The translations under genes were made by a program, and so were the position numbers. The notes under the pieces were generated by a model that was given only the letters and a program-made list of their open reading frames with translations, did no database searches and was not told the origin of the DNA. Shown here piece by piece: positions 1 to 10,543 of a stretch of 64,000 nt of DNA; the first letter of the stretch is position 1; the number at the start of each line of letters is the position of its first letter. Source of the DNA: an uncultured Alphaproteobacteria bacterium (lineage in GTDB: Bacteria; Pseudomonadota; Alphaproteobacteria; Rhizobiales; Xanthobacteraceae); NCBI GenBank assembly GCA_963731915.1, contig CAVSXQ010000064.1, forward strand, positions 12,814 through 76,813. Reading direction: 5' to 3'.

Positions 1-251
1 TTACCGGCAGCACCGGCCGGGATCGTCGGCGAGTTTAGCCCACGGCAAAGTAACTTGCCAATGCGACATTCACTGAAGCGTGAGGGACTCTGTCTTTATT
101 TAGGAGTACGCTGACCGCTCAGTTCGCGACATGGCCAGCTTCGGTTTCCTGTCTTCGCGTCTGGTCTGATCGTGATCGTTTACGGGAACGGCCCGCGTGT
201 GCCTTTGGCGCGGCACGGAGTGTGGCCGTTGCGTCAAGGGAGACGACGAGC

Positions 252-1166
252 ATGGCCACGCAATATCAGGGAAATGTCACACATGCCGACGAGAGCGCGC
301 AGGATGGCGACGCGGGACCCGTCATCCGGACCATCGGCCTGTCCGACCTGCACCTGGCGTTGCGGCTCGGCTGGGAGGATTTCAAGGCAGTTCCAAGCCA
401 TGCCATTATCCTCTGCGTGATCTATCCCGTGCTAGGGCTGGTGCTGGCGCGACTCGTGCACGGCTATTCGGTGTTGCCGCTATTGTTCCCGCTGGCCGCG
501 GGCTTTGCCCTGCTTGGTCCGTTCGCAGCGCTTGGTCTCTATGAAATGAGCCGCCGCCGCGAAAACGGGCAACCCGCTTCCGCCTGGGACGCGATGGAGG
601 TATTCCAGTCGCCGTCATTCGGCGCGATGCTCGGGCTCGGCACCTTGCTGTTGGCGCTGTTCGTGACCTGGGTTACAACCGCGCAGGCGATCTATACCGC
701 GGCGTTCGGCTATGAGACCGCAGCCAACATTCCGGATTTCGCGACCCGCATCCTGACCACACCGCAAGGCTGGTGGCTGATTGTCGCCGGGTGCGGCATC
801 GGCTTCCTGTTTGCGTTGATCGCGCTCTGCGTCAGCGTGGTGTCGTTTCCGATCATGCTCGACCGTCACACCGGTGCTGGCGAAGCAATGGTCACGTCGC
901 TGCGGGCTGTCGCGAAGAACCCGGTGCCGATGGCGGCATGGGGTTTGATCGTCGCGGTGCTGCTGGTGGCGGGATCGCTGCCGTTCTTCCTCGGGCTTGC
1001 GATCGTCATCCCCCTGCTCGGCCACGCCACCTGGCATCTCTATCGCCAGGTGATCGCGCCCGAATTGAACCCGCAACCGCTGCCGCCCCGTCCGCCACGC
1101 GTAAAGCGTCCGGCAGCTGATTTCCCCGCCAATTTGTTCCCGTGGCGGCGCAAGGACGACGCCTGA
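252..1166 (+). CDS. DUF2189 family integral membrane protein
   Basis: Several hydrophobic segments; family-typical motifs GFALLGPFAALGLYEMSRRRE and PLLGHATWHLYR. ATG at 252 follows a GGAG RBS. Confidence 0.85.
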   Translation: MATQYQGNVTHADESAQDGDAGPVIRTIGLSDLHLALRLGWEDFKAVPSHAIILCVIYPVLGLVLARLVHGYSVLPLLFPLAAGFALLGPFAALGLYEMSRRRENGQPASAWDAMEVFQSPSFGAMLGLGTLLLALFVTWVTTAQAIYTAAFGYETAANIPDFATRILTTPQGWWLIVAGCGIGFLFALIALCVSVVSFPIMLDRHTGAGEAMVTSLRAVAKNPVPMAAWGLIVAVLLVAGSLPFFLGLAIVIPLLGHATWHLYRQVIAPELNPQPLPPRPPRVKRPAADFPANLFPWRRKDDA

Positions 1167-1184
1167 CAGCAGGCCGCTACCATT

Positions 1185-1221
1185 GCCAGACCGCCGGTTG
1201 TTTGCTGACCGGCGGTTTGGC
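1185..1221 (+). terminator. Hairpin/putative intrinsic terminator after DUF2189
   Basis: Inverted repeat gccagaccgccggt...accggcggtttggc just downstream of the stop codon. Confidence 0.5.
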
Positions 1222-1446
1222 ATGCATGCGCGCAAAATTGAGATCGCCCAGTTCGACATCATCAATCCCAGCGACATCCGCGCTGCCCATGAATTGGGCG
1301 TGACGGACGGCGAGGCTTTTGCTGCTTCGTTGGGACAGTAGCCGAACCATTTTCATCAAATTGTCAGAGCCTTGTTTTGGCCGCGGTTGCCGCAAACATT
1401 TGTTTTAGTTGCGATACTAATATTGATAGCGGAGCATCCGAACTCG

Positions 1447-2262
1447 ATGAATTTTCGTTCTCTACCAAAGGCCTTCGCGCTTGGCGCGCTGCTCACAATG
1501 GCGGCCGTACCTGCGTTTGCGGCGCCCTGCGGCACCGGCAGCTTTGAAACATGGCTGGAGGATTTCAAGAAGGAAGCCGCCGCAAAGGGCATCCCGCAGG
1601 CCACCCTTGCCGCCGGCCTGAACGGGGTGACGCTCGACAAGGCCGTGATCGCGCGCGATCAGTCGCAAAAGGTATTTTCGCAGTCGTTCGAGGAATTTTC
1701 CGGCCGGATGGTGCCGCCGCGCCTCGCGCGCGGATCCAACATGCTCAAACAATATGGCTCCGTGCTCGGCCGCATCGAGCAGACCTATGGCGTGCCCGGC
1801 GAGGTGCTGGTCGCAATCTGGGGGCTGGAGACGGACTATGGCGTCAACATCGGAAAATTTCCGACCATGCGCGCGCTGGCGACGCTGGCCTATGACTGCC
1901 GCCGCTCCGACATGTTCAAGGCCGAATTGATCGACGCGCTACGCATCGTCGAGCGCGGCGATGTCGCGCCGCAGGAGATGCGCGGCGCATGGGCCGGAGA
2001 AATCGGCCAGACCCAGTTCATGCCGTCGAGTTACATCAAGTTCGCCGTCGATTTCGACGGTAATGGCCGTCGCGATCTCCTCCGCAGCGTGCCCGATGTT
2101 TTGGCCTCAACCGCGAATTTCCTTGCCGGCCATGGCTGGCAAGGCGGCAAGGATTGGGAGCCTGGCAGCGCCAACTTTGCCGTGATCAAGGAATGGAACA
2201 AGAGCGAGGTCTACGCGAAGACGATCGGCTACTTTGCCAGCCAGCTCGCGCGCGCTCCCTGA
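1447..2262 (+). CDS. Lytic murein transglycosylase (SLT_2/MltB-like)
   Basis: Signal peptide; catalytic motif IWGLETDYG; GAWAGEIGQTQFMPSSY; EF-hand-like DFDGNGRRD. Confidence 0.9.
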   Translation: MNFRSLPKAFALGALLTMAAVPAFAAPCGTGSFETWLEDFKKEAAAKGIPQATLAAGLNGVTLDKAVIARDQSQKVFSQSFEEFSGRMVPPRLARGSNMLKQYGSVLGRIEQTYGVPGEVLVAIWGLETDYGVNIGKFPTMRALATLAYDCRRSDMFKAELIDALRIVERGDVAPQEMRGAWAGEIGQTQFMPSSYIKFAVDFDGNGRRDLLRSVPDVLASTANFLAGHGWQGGKDWEPGSANFAVIKEWNKSEVYAKTIGYFASQLARAP

Positions 2263-2274
2263 TGTGTTGAGTGA

Positions 2275-2309
2275 AAGAAGGGCCGATCGCGAAGCAACCG
2301 GCCCTTTTG
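2275..2309. terminator. Bidirectional terminator hairpin between convergent genes
   Basis: aagaagggccg...cggccctttt inverted repeat with A/T-rich flanks. Confidence 0.6.
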
Positions 2310-2313
2310 AAAA

Positions 2314-2571
2314 CTACTTCGCGGCGTGCATGGCCTTGCCGAGATGCGAAGCACACACACCCATCTTGCCGCTGAGCATCGCGTCCTGCGCCAGGGAGAT
2401 TTCCTTTTGGGCCGCGAACTTGCCCTCGCCGTCGGCCATGGCCTCGACCATGGATTCGACCTTGGTGAGGTTTCCACCACTGCAGCCCGCCTCCACCTTT
2501 GCAGCATTGGCGGGACAGGTTGCATAAGCAATCGCAGCCATTGCGGCTGCTCCGAGTAACTTGTTGAGCAT
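2314..2571 (-). CDS. Small secreted hypothetical protein (85 aa)
   Basis: AAGGAAAG RBS; signal peptide MLNKLLGAAAMAAIAYATCPANA; two Cys in the mature part; high GC at third codon positions. Confidence 0.7.
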   Translation of the reverse strand: MLNKLLGAAAMAAIAYATCPANAAKVEAGCSGGNLTKVESMVEAMADGEGKFAAQKEISLAQDAMLSGKMGVCASHLGKAMHAAK

Positions 2572-3384
2572 GTTACTTTCCTTTTTTGTATTTTTGCGCA
2601 GTCCCGGCGCCATTGCCGGAATCTGCTAAACGAATGATTCCCGATCTCCGAAAATTTTGAGAATGAACTCCGCGCGATCCGGATGTGATGAGCGCACAGC
2701 GCAACGCCTTATGCGAAGCGCATCGTTTTGATTACAAGCCCGTAACGATCCGCGTGCCCGAAGGCGCAGCGCCGACGACTTCTCAACTTGCGGTCGGCTC
2801 GAACCCGGGTTGGTCGGTCGTTTGACTTCGCGCGACCTGAGTCTGGTGAACGGCCGGCCGCACGAAAGGTCTCCGCGGCCCGTGCGGACGGCGCAACGGC
2901 AAGCCGATGCGTGCGGCCATCACCTGCGCCATCGACAGTCTGCAGACCCTCCAAGCCCTGGTCGGATAGGTCGGATCATCTGCTTATAAAATGATTTTAT
3001 ATTCATTTTATCGAGGCAATTTGCATGCGAATCGCGCATGCGGAATTACCTGATTCGGGGCAGATCGAGCCTTCAGCTGCCACTAACCGCCTTGAATTCA
3101 GTTTCCCCGATTACCACTTGGGAAGCGATGATCGATATGTCGGCAATACGACAACTGCCCGATTATACAGGCATTTTGTTCGCAATTTGAAGTCGGCGCA
3201 AAGCCCGCCGCCTGCGAAGACGGCAGCTGCGCCGAAAGGTTTAAGCGGCTCTTACCGACGTCATGCATTTTCGGTCTAGCTGCATCGCAACATTGGAACT
3301 TCTGCAATGCACCACGCTGTCTTATATTCATTTCAACGATGAGGCTTCCTCCAAGGGCTGAATCGTAACTGCAAGGAGACTACC

Positions 3385-3540
3385 ATGTTGCTCTCTCTCA
3401 TCCGCTTCATCCAGGCGTTCCGGGACTATCAGCGCAATCTCAGCGAACTGTCCCAGCTCAGCGATCGCGAATTGGCCGACATCGGCCTCGATCGCTCGGA
3501 CATTCCGAACGTTGCGGCCGGGAACTATAACAACGGCTGA
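3385..3540 (+). CDS. DUF1127 small protein (51 aa; absent from ORF track)
   Basis: AAGGAG RBS; MLLSLIRFIQAFRDYQRNLSELSQLSDRELADIGLDRSDIPNVAAGNYNNG contains the LSDRELADIGL signature. Confidence 0.92.
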   Translation: MLLSLIRFIQAFRDYQRNLSELSQLSDRELADIGLDRSDIPNVAAGNYNNG

Positions 3541-3566
3541 AACTCGTTCAGTCGACTGATGAACGG

Positions 3567-3594
3567 ATAACGCCCGCTTTGTCGCGGGCGTTGT
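3567..3594 (+). terminator. Terminator hairpin after DUF1127
   Basis: ataacgcccgc-tttgtc-gcgggcgttgt. Confidence 0.55.
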
Positions 3595-3655
3595 CGTATC
3601 CGGACATCGTCAGCGCAGGTGCAAGCCCAGCGAAAACGCGCTAACCCTGCGCGCC

Positions 3656-5089
3656 ATGACAACCCCCAAATCATCTCTTGAGCCCGTGCACATCGTTGGC
3701 GCGGGCCTCGCCGGCTCGGAAGCTGCCTGGCAGATCGCCAATGCCGGCATCCCCGTCGTGCTGCACGAGATGCGGCCGCATCGGATGACCGAAGCGCACC
3801 GCACCCAGGGCCTTGCCGAGCTGGTCTGCTCAAATTCCTTCCGTTCCGATGACGCCGCCAACAACGCGGTCGGCCTGCTGCATGCCGAGATGCGCCGGCT
3901 GGGCTCGCTGATCATGCGCGCAGCCGACGCCAACCAGGTGCCGGCCGGCGGCGCGCTGGCGGTCGACCGCGACGGCTTTTCCGCCGCCGTGACGCAGGCG
4001 CTCGAAAATCATCCCCTGATCGAGATCGACCGCGCCGAGATCGCCGGTCTGCCGCCATCGGATTGGGGCAACGTCATCGTCGCGACCGGCCCCCTCACCT
4101 CGGCGCCGCTGGCGGAGGCGATCCGCGAACTGTCAGGCGAAAGCGCGCTGGCCTTCTTCGATGCCATCGCGCCGATCGTGCACAAGGAGTCCATCGATAT
4201 GTCGGTGGCGTGGTTCCAGTCGCGCTACGACAAGGTCGGGCCCGGCGGCACCGGCGCCGACTACATCAACTGCCCGATGACGAAGCTGCAGTATGACACT
4301 TTCGTCGACGCGTTGCTGTCCGGCGAAAAGGTCGACTTCAAGGACTGGGAGACCAGCACGCCCTATTTCGATGGCTGCCTGCCGGTCGAGGTGATGGCCG
4401 AGCGCGGCCGCGAAACGCTGCGGCACGGGCCGATGAAGCCGGTCGGGCTGACCAATCCCAACGATCCGACCGTGAAGCCGTATGCGATCGTGCAGCTTCG
4501 CCAGGACAACAAGCTCGGCACGCTCTACAACATGGTCGGTTTTCAGACCAAACTGAAGCACGGCGCGCAGCAGCGTGTTTTCCGCACTATCCCGGGGCTC
4601 GAGAACGCCGAATTCGCGCGGCTCGGCGGACTGCACCGCAACACGTTTCTGAATTCGCCAAAGCTGCTGGATTTGCAGATGCGGCTGCGCGCGCAACCGC
4701 GGCTGCGCTTTGCCGGCCAGATGACAGGCTGCGAAGGCTATGTCGAATCCGCCAGCATCGGGCTGATCACAGGCCTCTATGCCGCGGCCAACGCGCGCGC
4801 GCAGGAGTTGGCTCCGCCGCCGTCGACCACGGCGCTGGGCTCGCTGCTCGGCCACATCACCGGCGGCCATATCGAGACCGTCGATGCCGGCCCGCGCTCG
4901 TTCCAGCCGATGAACATCAATTTCGGACTGTTCCCGCCGCTCGCTGCGCCGCCGACCAAAAAGCCGGACGGATCGCGGCTGCGCGGCAACGAAAAGACGG
5001 TTGCGAAGAAGCAGGCCATGAGCGCCCGGGCGCTGGCCGATCTCGACCGCTGGATCGCCGACCATCTGCGCGTTGCGGCGGCGGCGTGA
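3656..5089 (+). CDS. trmFO: Methylenetetrahydrofolate--tRNA-(uracil-5-)-methyltransferase
   Basis: [14 protein letters not shown] motif; [33 protein letters not shown]. Confidence 0.97.
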   Translation: MTTPKSSLEPVHIVGAGLAGSEAAWQIANAGIPVVLHEMRPHRMTEAHRTQGLAELVCSNSFRSDDAANNAVGLLHAEMRRLGSLIMRAADANQVPAGGALAVDRDGFSAAVTQALENHPLIEIDRAEIAGLPPSDWGNVIVATGPLTSAPLAEAIRELSGESALAFFDAIAPIVHKESIDMSVAWFQSRYDKVGPGGTGADYINCPMTKLQYDTFVDALLSGEKVDFKDWETSTPYFDGCLPVEVMAERGRETLRHGPMKPVGLTNPNDPTVKPYAIVQLRQDNKLGTLYNMVGFQTKLKHGAQQRVFRTIPGLENAEFARLGGLHRNTFLNSPKLLDLQMRLRAQPRLRFAGQMTGCEGYVESASIGLITGLYAAANARAQELAPPPSTTALGSLLGHITGGHIETVDAGPRSFQPMNINFGLFPPLAAPPTKKPDGSRLRGNEKTVAKKQAMSARALADLDRWIADHLRVAAAA

Positions 5090-5107
5090 GCGTTCCAGGT
5101 CGGCGAA

Positions 5108-5977
5108 CTAGTCGCCGCCCTTGAATTCCAGCGATCGCGACGCCCGCCACAGCGTCCACAGCAAGCGCACTCGCGGCACCCGCCGTGCCACGAAGGGATC
5201 GTTGTCCGCGCGCGACATCCGCCGGAGATCGCGGCGGACCAGCGCCAGTGGCAGGAAGGCCGGTCGCGCTTCCGCCGGCACGCCGGCCAGCAGCGTTAGC
5301 GCCGTATGCAGGTGGTTTTTCGCCTCGCCGATCAGTTGATCGATCGCCGCGCGCGCTTGCGGCGTCTGCTTGCCGGCAAACACCTGTTCGAGACCGCTGC
5401 CGTGGCTCTCCAGGAACTGCAACGGCACGAATAATTGCCGCCGCACGGCGTCGAGCGGCAACGAAGAAATCGCCTGGACGATGCCGTAGGCAAGGCCGGC
5501 GTGGCGCGCGAGGTGGTCGATCGCTTCCGACGGCCGCACCAGGAAACGGGCGCCGCAGGCAAACAACGTCGACGCCGTGTCGTTGGCGTAGCCTTCCAGT
5601 GCCGCCAGCGACGGCATCGGGTCGTTGTAAAGATCGAACTCGTGCTCCTCGACCAGCCGCACCAGCCGGTCGACCGGCAGCCGCCAGGTCCGGATCGCCC
5701 ACAACAATTCGGCGGCGACCGGATTGCCCTCGACGCCGCCGTGATTTTGCCCGAGCAGCATGTCGGTCCACCATCGCAGGCGCATCTCGCCGGGCAGCGG
5801 CTGGCTGACCTGGTCACGCACGCGGGAGATCTCGACATTGAAGGCATAGAGGGCGAGCAGCGGGCGGCGATGAACGCTCGGCAGGAACAGCGTCGAGGCG
5901 TAGCGCGGAAAATCGTGGCTGCGCACCAGATCGGCGCAGAAGGCAGTGGACTGCTCCGGCGAGTGCGTGTCGCTCAT
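5108..5977 (-). CDS. Phytoene/squalene synthase family protein (NDUFAF6-like)
   Basis: ALYAFNVEISRVRD...GEMRLRWW pattern; no intact DDxxD motif. Confidence 0.85.
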   Translation of the reverse strand: MSDTHSPEQSTAFCADLVRSHDFPRYASTLFLPSVHRRPLLALYAFNVEISRVRDQVSQPLPGEMRLRWWTDMLLGQNHGGVEGNPVAAELLWAIRTWRLPVDRLVRLVEEHEFDLYNDPMPSLAALEGYANDTASTLFACGARFLVRPSEAIDHLARHAGLAYGIVQAISSLPLDAVRRQLFVPLQFLESHGSGLEQVFAGKQTPQARAAIDQLIGEAKNHLHTALTLLAGVPAEARPAFLPLALVRRDLRRMSRADNDPFVARRVPRVRLLWTLWRASRSLEFKGGD

Positions 5978-6355
5978 GGCACCGCGATCAGCGCGGCCGC
6001 GACCCGCCGCCGCTCTCCCATCATGATGTTGTAGGTGCGGATCGCCGGCCCCGTCTGCATCGCATCCAGCACCACCTTGACGGCGCGCAATGCCTCACGC
6101 AATTCGCGTGGCGGAATCCAGACGTCGGTGCCGGTGCCGACCACCAGCGTATCGATGCTGTTGGCGGCCTCGAACACTCTTGCCAGCGAATCCTTGTCAA
6201 TGTCCTGCGGCTTGGTCACCGGCCAGGCCCAGATCGCATCCGGCAGACACAGCAGCGAGCCGCGATGCGACATATCGGCAAAGGCAAAGCCGCCCTTGCC
6301 ATACGCATCGATTGGAGCCGACCTCGGGAAATGTAGTTCCGAAGATTTCGACCAT
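5974..6355 (-). CDS. Mth938-like/NDUFAF3-like protein (frameshift near 5' end)
   Basis: PIDAYGKGGF...LVVGTG...MQTGPAIRTYNIMMGERRRVAAAL. The ATG at 6355 is out of frame with the body by one base. Confidence 0.85.
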
Positions 6356-6357
6356 GA

Positions 6358-7387
6358 TTACTTCTTGGCTGGTTTGTCCGGCTTATCAGACGTATCCGGC
6401 GCGTCGGCCCTGTGGGTGCCGACGCCGAGATAGATCAGGATCGGTGCCGCGATGAAGATCGAGGTGTAGGTGCCGACCAGCACCACGCCGAAGATCATGA
6501 CCGCCGTGAAGCTGTGGATGGCGTGGCCGCCGAACATGAACAGCGCCAGCAAGGCAAGGGTCACCGTGACGTGGGTGATGATCGAGCGCGACAGCGTCGC
6601 ATTGATCGAACTCGTTGAGAAGCTGCGGCATCGGCATTTTCTTGTAGCGCCGCAGCATTTCACGGATACGGTCGTAGATCACGACGGTATCGTTGAGCGA
6701 ATAACCGAGAATCGTCAGCAGCGCCGCGATGCTGGTCAAATCGAAATCGACCTGCGAGATCGACATGAAGCCGATCGTCAGCACGATGTCGTGGACGTTG
6801 GCGATCATGGCGCCGAGCGCGAACTGCCATTCGAAACGGAACCAGAGATAGATCAGGATCGCCATGATGGCGAGCATCAGGCCGAGCATGCCGTAGGCCA
6901 GCAATTCGCTTGAAACGCGCGGGCCCACCACTTCGACGCGGCGGTACTCGACGGAGTCGCCCAACGCGCCGCGGACTTTTTGCACCGCCGCCTGCTGCGC
7001 GGCGTCGCCGCCCGGCTGCTCGGCGACGCGGATCAGGACGTCAGCCGGGCCGCCGAATTGCTGCAACTGGACATCGCCGAGGCCGAGGCCGCCGAGTGTC
7101 GCGCGCATCTGCGCGATATCGGCCGCGCCGGACTTGGACTGCACCTCCATCAGGGTGCCGCCCTTGAAGTCGATGCCGAAGTTCAGGCCGTGGGTGAAGA
7201 ACAGGATGATCGCGGCGATCGACAGCAGCGCCGAGATCGGAAACGAGATGCGGCGAAACTGGGTGAAATCGAAATGCGTATCATCAGGGACGATACGCAG
7301 GGGCGGCAACAGGTCGAGCACGCTGACCACGGTCAGCACGACAATCAGGACGCCGAGAGCGATGAGGACGAATTGAGTAGTAGTCAC
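6358..7387 (-). CDS. secF: Protein translocase subunit SecF (frameshift near 6610)
   Basis: [36 protein letters not shown]. The C-terminus (SINATLSRS...GTYTSIFIA) continues in another frame. Confidence 0.95.
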
Positions 7388-7395
7388 GGGGATCC

Positions 7396-9003
7396 CTAGA
7401 TCGGCACGACCTTCGGCCGCTTCCACTGCACCCACCACGCCACGATCAGGCGGGTCAGCGTGAAGGCGGTGAAGACCGTGGTGATGATGCCGATGCCGAG
7501 CGTCACGGCAAAACCGCGCACCGGTCCGGTGCCGATGTAGAACAGCACGGCGGCGGCGATGAAGGTGGTGATGTTGGAATCGAGAATTGTGGCGAGCGCG
7601 CGCGTGAAGCCGGCATCGATCGCCGAAATCGGGGTGCGCCCGCCGCGCAGTTCCTCGCGGATGCGCTCGTAGATCAGCACGTTGGAGTCGACGGCGATAC
7701 CTACGGTGAGCACGATACCGGCGATGCCTGGCAGCGTCAGCGTGGCATTGAGCAGCGACAGGATGCCGAAGATCATGGCGACGTTGATGGCGACCGCGAT
7801 GTTGGCAAATACGCCGAACAGCCGGTAGGTCACCAGCATGAACACGATCACCAGGATCGAGCCGACATAGGCTGCGAGCTCGCCCTTTTCGATCGAGTCC
7901 TGGCCGAGACCGGGACCGACGGTGCGTTCCTCGATGATGGTAAGCGGCGCCGGCAACGCGCCGGCGCGCAGCAGGATCGCGAGGTCATTGGCCTGCTGTA
8001 CCGTGAAATTGCCGGAGATCTGCCCCTGCCCGCCGATGATCGGCTCCTGGATGACCGGCGCCGAGATCACCTTGTTGTCGAGCACGATCGCAAAGGGCTC
8101 CTTGACGTGCTCGGTGGTGGCTTGGGCGAATTTGCGCGAGCCCGACGAGTTGAACTTGAACGACACGATCGGCTGGCCGCCGCCGCGCTGATCGAATCCA
8201 GGCTGGGCGTCGGTCAGATCGCCGCCGGACACCAGCACCTGCTTCTTGATGACGTAGTTCTGGCCGGGGTTTTCGGCGCTGGGCAGCAATTCCGAATCGG
8301 CCGGCACGCTGCCGCGGGTGGTTGCTTGCTCGGGCGACACGGTCAGATCGACCATGCGGAATTCCATCTTGGCGGTCTTGCCAAGCAGTTCCTTCAACCG
8401 GGTCGGATCCTGCAGGCCCGGCACCTGGACCAGGATACGGTCCAGCCCCTGGCGCTGGATCAGCGGCTCGACCGTGCCGAGTTCGTTGACGCGACGCTCG
8501 ACGATCTGGATCGATTGCTCGACCGATTGCCGGATACGTTCGGTGATCGCGGCCTGCGGGACTGTCATCCTGTAAAGGCCGCCGCCGGCATCGGCGACTT
8601 CAAGGCTGCGCTGGCCGCTGGAGCCGAGCAACCCGCCCAGTGGCTGCGACAGCTCGCGCAGCTTGCTCAGCGCGGTTGCAAAGTCCGTATCCTTGGTGAC
8701 GCGAACTTCGACGGCGTCGCCGCGGACGTTGAGCCCGGTATAGCCGATCTTGGCGTCGCGCAACGTGCGGCGCACGTCGTCGCGGATCTGGTCGAGCTTT
8801 TCCTTCTTGACGTAGTTGGCATCGACCTCAAGCAGGATATGCGAACCGCCCTGCAAATCGAGGCCCAGCACAAGGTGGCGCTGCGCCCATTTCGGCCAGC
8901 TCTTGACGGTGGCCTCGGGAAAGAAGTTCGGAACGGCGAACAGGCACACCACCAGCGCCGTCAGGATGATCGCCAGCGCCTTCCACCGCGTGAAATACAA
9001 CAT
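7396..9003 (-). CDS. secD: Protein translocase subunit SecD
   Basis: LGLDLQGG; LRAGALPAPL; VGPGLGQDSI; AVDSNVLIYERIREE. Confidence 0.97.
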   Translation of the reverse strand: MLYFTRWKALAIILTALVVCLFAVPNFFPEATVKSWPKWAQRHLVLGLDLQGGSHILLEVDANYVKKEKLDQIRDDVRRTLRDAKIGYTGLNVRGDAVEVRVTKDTDFATALSKLRELSQPLGGLLGSSGQRSLEVADAGGGLYRMTVPQAAITERIRQSVEQSIQIVERRVNELGTVEPLIQRQGLDRILVQVPGLQDPTRLKELLGKTAKMEFRMVDLTVSPEQATTRGSVPADSELLPSAENPGQNYVIKKQVLVSGGDLTDAQPGFDQRGGGQPIVSFKFNSSGSRKFAQATTEHVKEPFAIVLDNKVISAPVIQEPIIGGQGQISGNFTVQQANDLAILLRAGALPAPLTIIEERTVGPGLGQDSIEKGELAAYVGSILVIVFMLVTYRLFGVFANIAVAINVAMIFGILSLLNATLTLPGIAGIVLTVGIAVDSNVLIYERIREELRGGRTPISAIDAGFTRALATILDSNITTFIAAAVLFYIGTGPVRGFAVTLGIGIITTVFTAFTLTRLIVAWWVQWKRPKVVPI

Positions 9004-9041
9004 CGAGTTGACCTGTCAGATCAGGAAAGAATGGGAGCAGA

Positions 9042-9404
9042 TCAGCTCGAAGCCGCTTCGTCCTTGGCTTCTGCCTTCTCCTTGGCGGGCTCGCCCTTGG
9101 CGCGCACGCCGGAAATCATCTGCCGCATCTGCCGCACCCGCACGCCATCGGAGATTTCGAACTCGATCTGGTCGTCGTCGACCACCTTCGTTACCTTGCC
9201 GACGAGGCCGCCCGAGGTCACCACGGTGTCGCCGCGGCGGATGTTCTTCACGAGCTCCTGGTGGTCCTTCACCTTCCTCTGCTGCGGGCGCAGAATCAGG
9301 AAGTACATGATGACGAAGATCAGCGCGAACGGCAGCAGCGACATCAACATGCTGTTGGCATCGCCACCGGCTGCAGCCTGGGCAAACGCAGGGGTAATCA
9401 GCAT
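9042..9404 (-). CDS. yajC: Preprotein translocase subunit YajC
   Basis: YFLILRPQQRK; GDTVVTSGGLVG; lies upstream of secD. Confidence 0.95.
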   Translation of the reverse strand: MLITPAFAQAAAGGDANSMLMSLLPFALIFVIMYFLILRPQQRKVKDHQELVKNIRRGDTVVTSGGLVGKVTKVVDDDQIEFEISDGVRVRQMRQMISGVRAKGEPAKEKAEAKDEAASS

Positions 9405-9590
9405 TCCGACAATCCTCGAGGTAAGACGGGAAAGAACCGGCAAGCGCGGGACGCGCCGGGCCGGTTCGGGTCAAATTCGCGCGGACTATAGCGGCCGCGG
9501 TCCCAATTGCAACGCTAGCAGGCCCCTCATTTAGGGCGCTTGCGAGACCTTCCAAGGCCCGATAAGGCTGCCCCGTCAGGAACTCCGGAT

Positions 9591-10539
9591 ATGACCAAAA
9601 AGCCCAAGAAAACCGTACCTTCCGCCGCCGCCCGCAAGGCCGCGACAAAACGCCCGGTGCCTGCGTTAACGGACGGCAATGCGGAGCGGATCGCCAACGC
9701 GCTGGAGGCCATTGCAGCGCACCTTTCCGCGGCCTCTCCGGCCGCCACGACCGAGTCGTTCGGCGGCGCGGATGCCTTCGTCTGGCACCCCGACGGAAGG
9801 CTGTCGCCGGTACCGCGGGTCTCCCGGGTCGACATGGGCCTGCTCAAGGGGATCGACCGGATGCGCGATATCCTGGTCGAGAATACCGAACGCTTTGCCG
9901 ACGGCCTGCCCGCCAACAACGCGCTGCTCTGGGGCGCGCGCGGCATGGGCAAATCCTCGCTGGTGAAGGCGGCGCATGCCAGCATCAACGCACGCCGCAA
10001 GCCGGCCGACCGGCTAAAGCTGATCGAGATTCACCGCGAGGATATCGAGAGCCTGCCCGGTCTGATGGATCTGCTGCGCGGCTCGAATTTCCACTTCATC
10101 GTGTTCTGCGACGACCTGTCGTTCGACGGCAACGATGCCTCCTACAAGTCGCTCAAGGCGGTTCTGGAAGGCGGTATCGAGGGACGTCCCGACAACGTCA
10201 TCCTCTATGCCACTTCGAACCGGCGGCACCTTTTGGCGCGCGAGATGATCGAGAACGAGCGTTCGACCGCGATCAATCCCGGCGAAGCGGTCGAAGAAAA
10301 GGTTTCACTGTCGGACCGATTTGGCCTCTGGCTCGGTTTTCACCGCTGCAGCCAGGACGAATACCTCGCCATGGTCAAAGGGCTATTGCGGACACTTTGG
10401 CATCAAGCTCGGCGAAGAAGAGCTGGAGCGCGAGGCGCTGGAATGGTCGACGACGCGCGGCTCCCGTTCGGGCCGCGTCGCCTGGCAGTTCACCCAGGAA
10501 CTGGCGGGACGGCTCGGCGTGCGGATCAAGGCAGGTTGA
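9591..10539 (+). CDS. DUF815 family AAA+ ATPase (frameshift near 10380)
   Basis: Walker A GARGMGKSS; FCDDLSF; ATSNRRHL; SLSDRFGL. The C-terminal RGSRSGRVAWQF is in a shifted frame. Confidence 0.9.
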
Positions 10540-10543
10540 GCTC

